A DNA stretch of 64,000 nt from Cyanobacteria bacterium P01_D01_bin.156 (GTDB lineage: Bacteria; Cyanobacteriota; Cyanobacteriia; Phormidesmidales; Phormidesmidaceae): assembly GCA_039024555.1 (NCBI GenBank), contig JBCCQQ010000001.1:1-64000 (forward strand). The letters run 5' to 3'. The notes below the pieces were generated by a model, which was not told where the DNA came from, did no database searches, and saw only the letters and a program-made list of their open reading frames with translations. Each line of letters begins with the position of its first letter. Positions within the stretch are counted from its first letter, which is position 1. A program made the translations under genes and the position numbers. Shown one piece after another: positions 28,935 through 39,012 of this stretch.

Positions 28935-29565
28935 TTTGAGCCCTAAAGCCAAGTCTATTCTTGACCAGGTGCTGGAGGGAGAATCACCAGAACAGCAATC
29001 CAAAATTTTACGCTTAGTTTTGGATATGGGCATCAAGGTAGATGAAGAGTTCTTTTCTTTAGCCCTCGCTCTGAAGCACTTGCAACTGGTGATGCTGGAG
29101 GGGCCAGCCGAGTGGCAACAGAAGTTTGATGAGTTTTTGGACGAGGCCGATGTTCGAGTTGAGTCAGGCCGTCAGATGCTAGCGGCCCACTCGCAAAATG
29201 TTGCGGCAATAGCAGCGATAGCTACCGACGTCGAGCGCTTTGATAAGGGTATTGAGGAGTTATCCGATAGTATAGGCACGTTGGATAGGCAGCTTATTGC
29301 AGCATCAAGGGCCTTGGCATCATTGCTCACCCAGTGGGAAGTGGCTTTGGATCAATGGAAGAACCCGCGAGAACAAGAATCAACCTTAAATGCGAGGCTT
29401 TTAAAGGAAGTGATAGCACTCAGAAGGAGCCTAGAGAGACAGCAACCACGTGCGTTTCTGTTTAAGTCAGGCTGGCATGGGCTGGTGGTGAATGTAATTG
29501 TGGTTTATGCGCTGGTGATTACCGGGATTTTAATCATTTTTCTAATATGGTCATTTGTTAATTAG
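28915..29565 (+). CDS. MobE/TraM-like coiled-coil protein with a C-terminal TM helix
   Basis: MGIKVDEEFF motif, coiled coil and hydrophobic C-terminus. Overlaps the MobD-like gene. Confidence 0.6.
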   Translation: MMTQQPDLSPKAKSILDQVLEGESPEQQSKILRLVLDMGIKVDEEFFSLALALKHLQLVMLEGPAEWQQKFDEFLDEADVRVESGRQMLAAHSQNVAAIAAIATDVERFDKGIEELSDSIGTLDRQLIAASRALASLLTQWEVALDQWKNPREQESTLNARLLKEVIALRRSLERQQPRAFLFKSGWHGLVVNVIVVYALVITGILIIFLIWSFVN

Positions 29566-29596
29566 GTGAGCTAAACCCCTTGTAGGAGTAATTATC

Positions 29597-32500
29597 TTAA
29601 GTATGTTGTATCTTATTGTCGAGAATATCAAAGTACTGGCGGTTAGTTATTGTGAGGTGATGTTCGTAGCCTAAAGTATTTTCGCATATTAAAAGAGATT
29701 CACGAAAACGAGCGTAGGCTTCGTGAAAACACTCTTGCATGCAAAAGAGTAGAGCCAAACAAGTAAGGATCTCGGCCACTTTAGGATGTTCTTTGCCAAA
29801 AGCTCCTTCGCGTATTACCAAAGCTTTTTCATAGAGAGATTTGGCCTCACTAAATCGTTCTTGATCTTGGTAGAGAACTGCAAGGTTGATAAAGCTTTCG
29901 GCTACAATAGGATGCCCATCTCCCAAATACCGTTTGCGTGTAGCTAAAGCCTCTTGATAGAGAGGCTCAGCCTCACTGTAGAAACCTCTACAGGCGTAAA
30001 TTCCGCCAAGATTATTAAGGCTCTCTGCTACATCGGGATGCTCTTCTCCCAGTAGTTTTTTACGTATCGAAAGCGCCTCTTGATAGAGAGGTTCAGCCTC
30101 GCTATATCTTTGTTGTTGATGGTAGAGTAGGCCAAGAACGTTCAGACATGTCGCTAGCTTTGGATGCTGTTCTCCTAGCAGTCTCTTGTATATCGCAATT
30201 GCCTCTTGATAGAGAGGTTCAGCCTCGCTATATCTTTGTTGATTCTGGTAGAGTAAACCTAGGTTGTATAGACATATAGCTACATCAGGATGTTGCTCTC
30301 CAAACAGCATTTTCTGTAATTTTAGGGTGTCTTGGTAGAGAGGTTCAGCTTTATCATAAAATCCTTGTGTAGAATACAGTAAGGCTAAATTATTGAGAGT
30401 AAGAAACAGTTGGGGGTTGATTTCTCTCAGGAGTTCAGGATTCTGTTCTCCCAGCCATCTGTTATTTATCACAAGAGCCTCTTGATAGAGAGGCTCAGCT
30501 TTATCATAATACCCTTGTGAGTAGTAGATAAGGGCTAAAGTATCTAGACTATTAGCCAACAAGGTATTTTCATCACCTGATGTTTGTCTATGCATTTCCA
30601 CGGCTTTTCGACAGAGGACTTCTGCCTCTCTATAGCGACCTTGCTGGTAATAGAGTCCTGCCAGTTCATGAAGGCTAATTGCCACCTCAGGATGCTCGTC
30701 ACCAAATTGACTTTTAGTAACTGTAAGATATTTTTCTGCCCAAGGTATAGCTTGAATATATACTCCCTGACCTGCATAGAAGTTTTTTAATGCTTTAAAT
30801 ACTGATACAACATCATCATAGCTCAACCATGTTTGGAGGTTAATGGCAACTTCTGCAATGTGAGGCATGGTCGAGGTGAATATATCAATATCCTCATTAA
30901 CAGGAGCTTGAGGGAATTCCTTAGCGCGTTTTGCTATTGTCCTGGCAAGACTTTGCTTAATATGTTCGCACCAACTATTATCATTAGATTCTTCGAGCTG
31001 AGTTTGAAGAAACTCATAAATAAGCTGGTGGACTTGATAGCAATCTGTTTCATCAAACCACTCTAGTAAATGTAAATGTTCTAAAGAACTGCTGGCTTCT
31101 TCCCATGCTTCGCTATCATCTTCGTTGCTTTGCATCTCAGTGTATGCACTTTCAGTCAGTGACCAGGGTATCGGTGCAAGAGCAAAGAGGCTTAACAGAC
31201 ACCCTAACTGTTGGGCAGATTCGCTTAGATCATTCCAACTCAAAAGAATTGCAGCATGTACACCTTGTTCAATGTCATTTAATGTCCAGTAGTCAGCATT
31301 GGGATATGCTTGCAATGAATGATCTTCCATGCCATTATTTTTTAGTCGTTGGAATATCTCTTGCAGAGAAATTGTTCTATGTTTCCTCAAGTAATTACCA
31401 ATCAGTTGTAGTGCAAGGGGTAGATATCCAAGCCTTTGGCAAAGTTTTGTTGCAGTCTTTAGTTCACTTTCAACACGTTTTTTGGTAATCCAGTTTTTTA
31501 GTAAATCTAATGCTGACTCCTCGTCTAGTGGTGCAAGCATTAAGCTTTCTAGTGGATTGTCTAATTTCAGACGGGTAGTGATGAGAACCTTAAACCTAGA
31601 TATGTCTTGGGGAATGTAAGGACTCACTTTCCCATAATGTATGACATCATCGAACACGATGAGTGCATGATCTGTAGGCCAATGATTCCAGCAGAATATG
31701 GTCTGATCATACTCTTCTTTAAGGTAATCAGGAATGTTCTTATAAGGATTTCTGGCTGGATGCGTGAGCCATGCTGCAATAATCTTTGAACCGATATTGC
31801 TAGAGTTTCGAGCTTCAAGCCAGCACACATCGTTAGCGTAATCATGTTGATGTTCACTAGTATAGGCGCGAGCCAAGGCAGTTTTACCGACCCCTGGCAT
31901 GCCCCTAATAGCTAAGGTTCCATGTTCTTGTAGGAATTTATGTACGGCATTAAGATCATTCTCTCGGCCGAAGAGTTTTGAGGTTACTCTTTGGCGCTGC
32001 TTCTTAGGAAAAGAAGGTACAGGTTTTGGAGCCGATTTAGCATTCTCTGGTTTTGCTTTCTTATCTTCATCAGAGACATCTGTTTGATTCTTTCTTTGAA
32101 GGTGCTTTACCGTTTTTGTGTCGAGTAACAGTTTCTTTATTTCATCAATATTTTTTACCCAATCAGCTATTGCCCAAAGCTCAAATTTATCGATTCTCGG
32201 TTTCTTCCGTTGGTCTTTTCGCTTGCGTAGATCGGTGTAAACTGGACAATCATCCCTTAGAAGATCCTTTAGAAGAGAGAATGCCTCATTGAAGACATGA
32301 TCATCAAATTTTTTGTAGCTGTTAAAATCTAAATCTTCAATTTCTTCATCTGTTAAACTTTCATTTACCTCTTCAGAGAGATAGTCATTTACATATCTCC
32401 ATAAAGTCTTTTTGCTATCGCTTTCAATGATTAGTTTTGGTTTGTGAAAATCGGTTGTATCCCATTCCCATGTCAGATTGCCTCCTTCCCATTGTCTTGA

Positions 32501-32599
32501 TTCTTCAAGGTCAGAATCATGGCAAAGATTGAGTAATGCTTCCATGTAAATCAGGGTTCGCCAGTGTACTACAGACTGAACATCGTTTCTCCTTATCAT
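29597..32599 (-). CDS. NB-ARC plus TPR (NLR-like STAND) protein
   Basis: LFGRE, GMPGVGKT, LIVFDDV, LITTR, GYLPLAL, VHQL, then kinesin-light-chain-type TPRs (HPDVA.SLNNL...Y.EAEPLYQEAL). Confidence 0.93.
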   Translation of the reverse strand: MIRRNDVQSVVHWRTLIYMEALLNLCHDSDLEESRQWEGGNLTWEWDTTDFHKPKLIIESDSKKTLWRYVNDYLSEEVNESLTDEEIEDLDFNSYKKFDDHVFNEAFSLLKDLLRDDCPVYTDLRKRKDQRKKPRIDKFELWAIADWVKNIDEIKKLLLDTKTVKHLQRKNQTDVSDEDKKAKPENAKSAPKPVPSFPKKQRQRVTSKLFGRENDLNAVHKFLQEHGTLAIRGMPGVGKTALARAYTSEHQHDYANDVCWLEARNSSNIGSKIIAAWLTHPARNPYKNIPDYLKEEYDQTIFCWNHWPTDHALIVFDDVIHYGKVSPYIPQDISRFKVLITTRLKLDNPLESLMLAPLDEESALDLLKNWITKKRVESELKTATKLCQRLGYLPLALQLIGNYLRKHRTISLQEIFQRLKNNGMEDHSLQAYPNADYWTLNDIEQGVHAAILLSWNDLSESAQQLGCLLSLFALAPIPWSLTESAYTEMQSNEDDSEAWEEASSSLEHLHLLEWFDETDCYQVHQLIYEFLQTQLEESNDNSWCEHIKQSLARTIAKRAKEFPQAPVNEDIDIFTSTMPHIAEVAINLQTWLSYDDVVSVFKALKNFYAGQGVYIQAIPWAEKYLTVTKSQFGDEHPEVAISLHELAGLYYQQGRYREAEVLCRKAVEMHRQTSGDENTLLANSLDTLALIYYSQGYYDKAEPLYQEALVINNRWLGEQNPELLREINPQLFLTLNNLALLYSTQGFYDKAEPLYQDTLKLQKMLFGEQHPDVAICLYNLGLLYQNQQRYSEAEPLYQEAIAIYKRLLGEQHPKLATCLNVLGLLYHQQQRYSEAEPLYQEALSIRKKLLGEEHPDVAESLNNLGGIYACRGFYSEAEPLYQEALATRKRYLGDGHPIVAESFINLAVLYQDQERFSEAKSLYEKALVIREGAFGKEHPKVAEILTCLALLFCMQECFHEAYARFRESLLICENTLGYEHHLTITNRQYFDILDNKIQHT

Positions 32600-32801
32600 G
32601 CAAGCTCTTCCCCGACTCAGATACTCTAGTAACCTTTTTTGAAATTTTCTAGAGGAATTGAGTCAGTCAGTATGAATTTACTGAGAAGAGCTTGTTTCTT
32701 AATAAATTACCTAGTATGTTTACGTGATGGCATGGTAGCAAAAGTTACATAGTCTTCCTGTTTGTAGTTGCACTGGATATTCCAACGATACGGAATGTGC
32801 G

Positions 32802-33338
32802 GTGCAACTATCAGCGAGGAGCACTGTAATGGTTACGATGAAATCGCTTGAAATTCCCGACCATGAACATAAAGGGACATTAATATTGCTTAATGTATAT
32901 TCAGGCCCGGTGTCAGAGCATAGTTATTCAGAACACCCAGATGTTCTGCAATCTATTGAAACGATGGGGGGCTATAGTATCGTACCTTTTGTAAAAAATG
33001 CGATACATAAGGCTGGAGAAATCAGCGTGAAACCCATCAAGTATATGGATCAGAGTCCGAAGCTGGGTTATTTCATCAATCGATACCGTATATCTGGAAA
33101 TGTTGGCTTGCTGAATATGCAAGACACCGATATCAAATTGCTCTTGAGGCAGCTGGAGGAATCTCCTCATGCCGTACAACGTCAGATTCCAGGTATCTTC
33201 CTTAGATGTAGCTATGGATTGAGCGGCAAGGGCAAATATGTGCATAACTATTACGCCCTTGGTCTCGTGCCAGGAGTTCCGGTTGATATCAGCGAGCCTA
33301 TTATCATTTCAAGTGGTTGGCTCAAACGCCTTAAATAA
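32802..33338 (+). CDS. Hypothetical protein
   Basis: 178-aa ORF divergent from the NB-ARC gene; start uncertain. Confidence 0.55.
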   Translation: MQLSARSTVMVTMKSLEIPDHEHKGTLILLNVYSGPVSEHSYSEHPDVLQSIETMGGYSIVPFVKNAIHKAGEISVKPIKYMDQSPKLGYFINRYRISGNVGLLNMQDTDIKLLLRQLEESPHAVQRQIPGIFLRCSYGLSGKGKYVHNYYALGLVPGVPVDISEPIIISSGWLKRLK

Positions 33339-33440
33339 AAATGAATATACACGTAGGCATTTGCCTGAAAAGCTTTCCAGCATGGTTTTCAAAAGGGTTA
33401 TCCTTACCATGCCTTTTATGTAAACATTTGTAATGAGATC

Positions 33441-33509
33441 CCGAGAGTCCGAATTAGGATTCCGAGAGTCTGAATTAATGTTTTTGGGGCATTCCGAATG
33501 TCCGATTGA
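33441..33509 (+). repeat. Short direct repeats CCGAGAGTC(C/T)GAATTA
   Basis: Copies at 33441 and 33462 (21-bp period), and a degenerate third near 33494. Confidence 0.75.
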
Positions 33510-33571
33510 CCTAATAGAACTGGAGTCTTGAGGCTTTTAAGCTGTCATCAGTTGAATGTTGAAGCAACTAA

Positions 33572-34279
33572 ATGAACAGTGAATCTCGAAAAAAAGCAAA
33601 GCCTTCTAGGTCAGATACGCCAACCCATGAGCAGATAGGAGCCTGCCAAAAAGCTTACGACTATTTCAATGGCACTCTCTTTGATGGCACACTGCCCGAT
33701 GTGATGGAAAACTTTAGCCGCAAGAGTAGAGCAAAAGGCTTTTATTCTTCTGAAAGTTGGTATAAGGGTGAGCACTGTATCCCTGAAATTAGCCTCAATC
33801 CCGATATGCTTGCACGGCCTACTATTGAGGTCATGTCAACTCTTGTTCATGAAATGGTTCATCATTGGCAGTACACGTATGGAAAACCAAGCAGACGCGG
33901 ATATCACAATCGCGAATGGGCGCAAATGATGGAGTTAATTGGTTTGATGCCTTCTTCTACTGGCGAACCAGGGGGTAAGAGAACAGGATTTCGTGTCACT
34001 CATTACCTTATTAAAGGTGGTCGATTTTTTAACGTCTTTAGTCAGATGCCTGAAGATTGCTTGATGCCTTGGATACACCTTCCTAAAAAGATTGATAATC
34101 GCAAGGTAAATAGTAAGGTGAGGAAGACTGGTGAATCTAATTCTAGAGTCAAATCTAAATTCACTTGTCCTCTTTGTCAGGCAAATGCTTGGGGAAAACC
34201 TTCATCCAATCTCATCTGTGGCAGATGCTATGAGGTTGGTGGCGATATCGTGCGAATGAGTAATCAAGATATTGTTTGA
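33572..34279 (+). CDS. SprT-like zinc metalloprotease with C-terminal zinc ribbon
   Basis: STLVHEMVH, RGYHNREWA, CPLC...CGRC. Confidence 0.9.
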   Translation: MNSESRKKAKPSRSDTPTHEQIGACQKAYDYFNGTLFDGTLPDVMENFSRKSRAKGFYSSESWYKGEHCIPEISLNPDMLARPTIEVMSTLVHEMVHHWQYTYGKPSRRGYHNREWAQMMELIGLMPSSTGEPGGKRTGFRVTHYLIKGGRFFNVFSQMPEDCLMPWIHLPKKIDNRKVNSKVRKTGESNSRVKSKFTCPLCQANAWGKPSSNLICGRCYEVGGDIVRMSNQDIV

Positions 34280-34708
34280 TCGTACGATCAAATTTGCCAG
34301 TATTCAGGGTGTATCTCTATCTCGTATGTGTCATACGGACTCATCACAGGGTTTATCTAGCAAAAGCGGATATGGGCCAAGCGGTTTGAAGCATCGGGGC
34401 AATGTGTAGTCCGCTGTTAGCTGAATACCAAAGGGTTTTCAGGATAACAGAGCTAGGTCCGAATCGTTGAAGTTCCACTCAACGATGGCCTCACCATAAA
34501 AACGCTACGAAAATCCAAACTACTGAGATCACTACTACTAGACTCAGTTCTACTCATTTAACTGGAGGTTAAAGCTATGAAGTACTAAAAGCTCATTTGC
34601 TGCATCAACAGCAAATGAGCTAGTTCACACTGACCGAGTCAAGAGCTGTCACTCATATTTGGCTTGGTCGGTGCCAATCGATTCAACTTAGTGTCTCTGA
34701 TTTTAACT

Positions 34709-35017
34709 ATGAGTACTGGAATTAACAACCACTCAACAGAATTGATTGCTTCAATGTCTTTACCCGAATGCGTCCCAGACGTTGTGCGAGATCCAGATGC
34801 ATTAGCAAATCTGGCTTGTTTCGCGATTGACTCGGCAGCGGGTAGATCTGAAACATTTGTTGGGATTGATTTTCTGAAATACGAAGTTCAGATCACCTAC
34901 TTAGAAAGTAAATCCCCAATTGAACGACTGACGATAGCTCAGGAGATTATTGGCTATCTAAAGCTTCTCATTTCTCAACCTTCACAAGCCACACAGCCTA
35001 CAAAAATGCTGTCATAG
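34709..35017 (+). CDS. Hypothetical protein
   Basis: Probable ATG 34709; followed by a CTAGCCC/GGGCTAG hairpin near 35048-35066. Confidence 0.5.
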   Translation: MSTGINNHSTELIASMSLPECVPDVVRDPDALANLACFAIDSAAGRSETFVGIDFLKYEVQITYLESKSPIERLTIAQEIIGYLKLLISQPSQATQPTKMLS

Positions 35018-35280
35018 CATTCATTTCGTAACTCGAAATCTTAACCGCTAGCCCATAAGGGCTAGTATACCTAGTCCTATCACGACATGTGTTCCAGGGC
35101 ATAGGAATTCTTAGTATTCAAATGTGTTCATAGAGGTGATTCTGATGTGATGACACAGACCGTTTATGAATCGTGACCATTGAAGAGATTCCCGGCGCGA
35201 GCTTTGACTTAGAAGCTGCCAGGTAAGAGTTTTGGGATTGTATCTACTTTTTCTTTAATTGTTGTTTTCTTCCTATTCTC

Positions 35281-35850
35281 ATGGAGCAGAAACGAATGTC
35301 GAGAGAAGTCACCATTACGGCTTCTCAACTCTCACAAGAATCAGATCAGGCCCTACAGCTGCTTGCATTGGGTGTGCTTTACGTCTCAGGCTTTTCCATT
35401 GTGGTTGAAGCAGGCCCACCCACTCCCTTATGGCTGCTTCTGGATAGTGCGTTTGTAACCGCTGCGTACCTAGAGAAACATAAAGCTCAGCTACCTGCCA
35501 TGTGGCGATGCCTTGTTCCTCAAAGTGTATGGGGACATGTAGCCCTGTCAGCGGTTACTACTGTCGCAGCTATTGGTCTATCGTTAACCTTTCCAAATCA
35601 AGCCCATGCCTTTGCACAAACGCTTGAGCAGAACATCGGGCAGTGCTTTCCTCAAGCCCAGGAAGGAATCAAGATAATATTCGGTTTGCTACGCCTGGGC
35701 TTGTCTATCTTCTTGCTGAGTCAAATGGTCTCATCTGTTGTTCAGATTGGTCGGGGTGAAAGCCCACTTCCCCTTTTGATTCCAGCATTAGCCGTTATTG
35801 CAGCGGTGGTCATTGTGGATTTCATGGCGACGTTTATTGGTGGCTGCTGA
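35281..35850 (+). CDS. VirB2/TrbC-like pilin precursor of a cyanobacterial-type T4SS
   Basis: Long leader ending in QAHA-F and two hydrophobic helices. First gene of the transfer operon. Confidence 0.6.
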   Translation: MEQKRMSREVTITASQLSQESDQALQLLALGVLYVSGFSIVVEAGPPTPLWLLLDSAFVTAAYLEKHKAQLPAMWRCLVPQSVWGHVALSAVTTVAAIGLSLTFPNQAHAFAQTLEQNIGQCFPQAQEGIKIIFGLLRLGLSIFLLSQMVSSVVQIGRGESPLPLLIPALAVIAAVVIVDFMATFIGGC

Positions 35851-35860
35851 GGAGGTTGCA

Positions 35861-37639
35861 ATGACATCAAGACAGTATCTCAGAGTAATTCAGCAGCTAG
35901 GCCAGGGTAGTGGCATCTTGTTTCTTCCCGTCCATATGATTGGCCCAGCCGTGCTAATCAGTGGCGGTAGCATTGCTCTAAAAGCCATTCGACCAGATCT
36001 TCCTTGGTCGGTTCTTGGATTTATGGTCGTTGGTGGAACGCTCTTCTGGTTTCTGCTGACCTTTAAAGAAGGAAGTTTCCGGTACCTTAACAAGCTGTTC
36101 AAATCGCTACATCCACGCTGGCGACGTGATGATTGGAAGCAAGAGACTGCGATGGCGCAGCCTTTGTTGATGCAGAAAACTCCTGAGGTTGAGTCACCTG
36201 CTAAGCAGCTTAGAGCGAAACCGCTGTATAAAGAGTTTCACCTGGTTGCCATTATCCATTTTGTCTATCAAGACAAGATCGTAGAAGCCTGCTTACTAGA
36301 ACGAGAGTCATCCTTTTCTCGACTTCTAGGAGGAGCATCTGACTGGCGTGTGGTCTTTGGGTTTCAGACTCAGGGGATCCATTCATATACCACTGAGGAC
36401 CAATTTGCCAGGTCATATAGTTGTCTAGACATGGGGCTTCGTGAATTCTCTCAAAACGAGCATATTACCTTTTCCCTCCGGCTACGAGCCGATGCCTCAG
36501 ACTGTCGTGATGAACTACTTGGAACCATTGAAAAAGCCGACAATACCGCGTTTAAGATACTTGCGAGTTATGAGTTAGGGCGTCGCGAAGAGCTAGCCAC
36601 TGCCAGGCAGAGAAAACTTATGGACCTGTTGGTCTTTGCAACGTATACCGAAGAACGAGCACTGTTCCGTGGAGATGATTGGGTGGCATTGATTATCAAT
36701 AGTCTCCAAATGGGGTTACGCCTTAGTTGGCTACCGCTCAAGCTTGGACTTGCTCGTTACATTCATTATCTTAAAGGTGATGAAGCTCAGCAAGAGAGTG
36801 CTCAACTGTCTGCGTTTTTACGCAGGGCCTATACCGAAGGTTATTTTCATTGGGAGTCATTTTTGACCCAAAAGCTTAAGCTTTCTGATGCGATCGCACT
36901 TTCACGTGGTGAATACTGGCAAGAGATCTGGTCGCAGCTCAACGGCCCCGATCCTGTCTCTGACATCCCTCGCATTATTACTGTCACGGCTACAGGGAGT
37001 TCTGAAGAGATCACCACCCCCCTAGATCCCCGACGCATGCTGCTTCAGCACATTCCAGATGCTAGAAGTTCAACCGTAGATGTTGCCGGTAACTGCGTCA
37101 TGCTGGCTCGATGTATCGCCAAACCCGGTGGAGCCACCAGTGCGCGTGAGGTGATGCACTTCATTTTTGAGCGTATTCACGAGAGTAACCATGTTGAGAT
37201 TATCACCCAGCTGTCGAAGGCAGATAGCCAGATGACGCGGGCGTTACTGAATTTTCAGAGTCGTCGTGCCAGCCACGCCGCCGCAAAAGCAGACGCCATG
37301 AATATTCCAGATGTCGGGGCCTTGCAAAATAGGCAAGGCTCCCTCGACGCCGAATCTGCCATTCTTTCAGGCCAAGCGGTACTCAAAGTAGCGTTTGTTA
37401 TTAAAGTTACCGCACCGACCTATGCGGACGCCCACGCAGAGCTACGCAAACTTTGTCGTTGTTGGCCGATGCCGATGCAACTGGAGATAGATCGGTATGG
37501 AGCGTGGAGAACGTGGCTTCAGACGTTGCATAGCACTTGGGAACAACTGCTCGTCTATGGTCCGTTTGATCAACGACAGCTGATGCTGTCATCTGAGGTG
37601 CCATTGCTGCTGCCCATTGTGATGCCGAGGTGCGAGTGA
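35861..37639 (+). CDS. VirB3-like membrane domain fused to the VirB4 N-terminal region
   Basis: GGAGG RBS before ATG 35861. Two TM helices, then VVFGFQTQGIH, LLVFATYT, EIITQLS and AWRTWLQTL segments that I recall from cyanobacterial VirB4. No Walker A. Confidence 0.7.
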   Translation: MTSRQYLRVIQQLGQGSGILFLPVHMIGPAVLISGGSIALKAIRPDLPWSVLGFMVVGGTLFWFLLTFKEGSFRYLNKLFKSLHPRWRRDDWKQETAMAQPLLMQKTPEVESPAKQLRAKPLYKEFHLVAIIHFVYQDKIVEACLLERESSFSRLLGGASDWRVVFGFQTQGIHSYTTEDQFARSYSCLDMGLREFSQNEHITFSLRLRADASDCRDELLGTIEKADNTAFKILASYELGRREELATARQRKLMDLLVFATYTEERALFRGDDWVALIINSLQMGLRLSWLPLKLGLARYIHYLKGDEAQQESAQLSAFLRRAYTEGYFHWESFLTQKLKLSDAIALSRGEYWQEIWSQLNGPDPVSDIPRIITVTATGSSEEITTPLDPRRMLLQHIPDARSSTVDVAGNCVMLARCIAKPGGATSAREVMHFIFERIHESNHVEIITQLSKADSQMTRALLNFQSRRASHAAAKADAMNIPDVGALQNRQGSLDAESAILSGQAVLKVAFVIKVTAPTYADAHAELRKLCRCWPMPMQLEIDRYGAWRTWLQTLHSTWEQLLVYGPFDQRQLMLSSEVPLLLPIVMPRCE

Positions 37640-38988
37640 TGAGCCTTGAATTATTGAGCCTTAAAGGCGGGAGACCCACTCGCATCTCACTCACCGAATC
37701 AGTCTTTCATCTGCTAATTACGGGCAAGACCGGGTGTGGCAAAAGTGCCTTGGCTGTTCAGACTCTCATCGATAGCATGATTGCTGGAATGCCTGTCTCA
37801 GCGCTGGACGTGACGAAGCCAGACGGCAGTGGAACGTTTAGCTTTGTGCATTATATTGGTGGACGATATCAGGATTTACGGAGAGGAGGCAATCCCCTTG
37901 AGCCGCCTGATGTCCGATACTGTGCCGATGATCAAGAGCGCCAAGAGAAACTAGCCCAGTTTCGGCAGTCGGTCGCAGGCTTACTTCTTGCCATGACGAT
38001 CAGTCCCCAGGAGAGTGATGCTGATATTGTTCATGCGCTTGTGTATCGAGTCGTTTCAGCGTTTTATGATGACGTGTCGATTGCACAGCGTTGGCAGCAA
38101 GCCATCGAAGCAGGTCTAGGGACTTCTGCGTGGGAAGAGCAGCCGACCTTAAGGGATATGGTTAACTATTTTTCCCCTGAGAGACTTCAGATGAAACGTT
38201 ATGGAGAGCGTATTCGTGAAGTCAGCGCGCGGATGTTGCTAAAGCTTGAAGGATGGCTGAATAGGCCTCTAGGAGAGTCGCTCTGTATACCCAGACAGTA
38301 TGAGGATAACCACTTATGTGTGATCTATCCCTTACAAAGTCTTGATACAGATGAGGCTCCTGTCGTTGCTCAGAGGATTTTGAATGAAATCACTCGAAAA
38401 TCACTGAATTATCGTAACAGTGTAGTCTTTCTAGATGAAGCTCCCATTCTCCTTCAGCATGATGCGATTGCAGCTACGGTCGCCCAGATTATCTCGAAAG
38501 GCCGTAAAGATGGCACTCGAATGCTTATCGCAACGCAGGGGCCAGACGCCATCCAACGGTCACCCTTTCGAGCACAGATTCTCGATAATATCAGTGTGAG
38601 ACTGATTGGCGTCATTGAAGAAAGCTCAGTCACGGATTACGAAAACATCTTCAGGTATCCACGTGAGCTACTGATACCGTGCAGTGAACGAGGGTTTTAC
38701 CCATCTCGACAGCTTATCTGTAGTCATTGGTTAGTGGATAACAGAGGAATACTGACCCCGTCTCGATTTTTTGTTAATTACTTGACGTTAGCCCTCTGCG
38801 CCAATCAAGTAGAGGAAGTCGCTGCACGGGACCGACTACTCGCGTCCTTTCCAGAGGATGCCATAACTGCCTTTACGACCTTCGCTCATCTACTCAAACT
38901 CTCGTTTCGGAGTGGTCAATCTATCGAACGGTTGGTTGACGACTGGATAGCGGCCCATGTCCCGAAGCCCTTAATTCAAATGCCGTAA
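37639..38988 (+). CDS. virB4: VirB4 C-terminal ATPase domain
   Basis: GKTGCGKS Walker A, NPLEPPD, VFLDEAPILL, GRKDG, ATQ. ATG overlaps the upstream TGA. Confidence 0.85.
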   Translation: MSLELLSLKGGRPTRISLTESVFHLLITGKTGCGKSALAVQTLIDSMIAGMPVSALDVTKPDGSGTFSFVHYIGGRYQDLRRGGNPLEPPDVRYCADDQERQEKLAQFRQSVAGLLLAMTISPQESDADIVHALVYRVVSAFYDDVSIAQRWQQAIEAGLGTSAWEEQPTLRDMVNYFSPERLQMKRYGERIREVSARMLLKLEGWLNRPLGESLCIPRQYEDNHLCVIYPLQSLDTDEAPVVAQRILNEITRKSLNYRNSVVFLDEAPILLQHDAIAATVAQIISKGRKDGTRMLIATQGPDAIQRSPFRAQILDNISVRLIGVIEESSVTDYENIFRYPRELLIPCSERGFYPSRQLICSHWLVDNRGILTPSRFFVNYLTLALCANQVEEVAARDRLLASFPEDAITAFTTFAHLLKLSFRSGQSIERLVDDWIAAHVPKPLIQMP

Positions 38989-39012
38989 TTGTTGTGTATC
39001 TAAGAAAAAACG

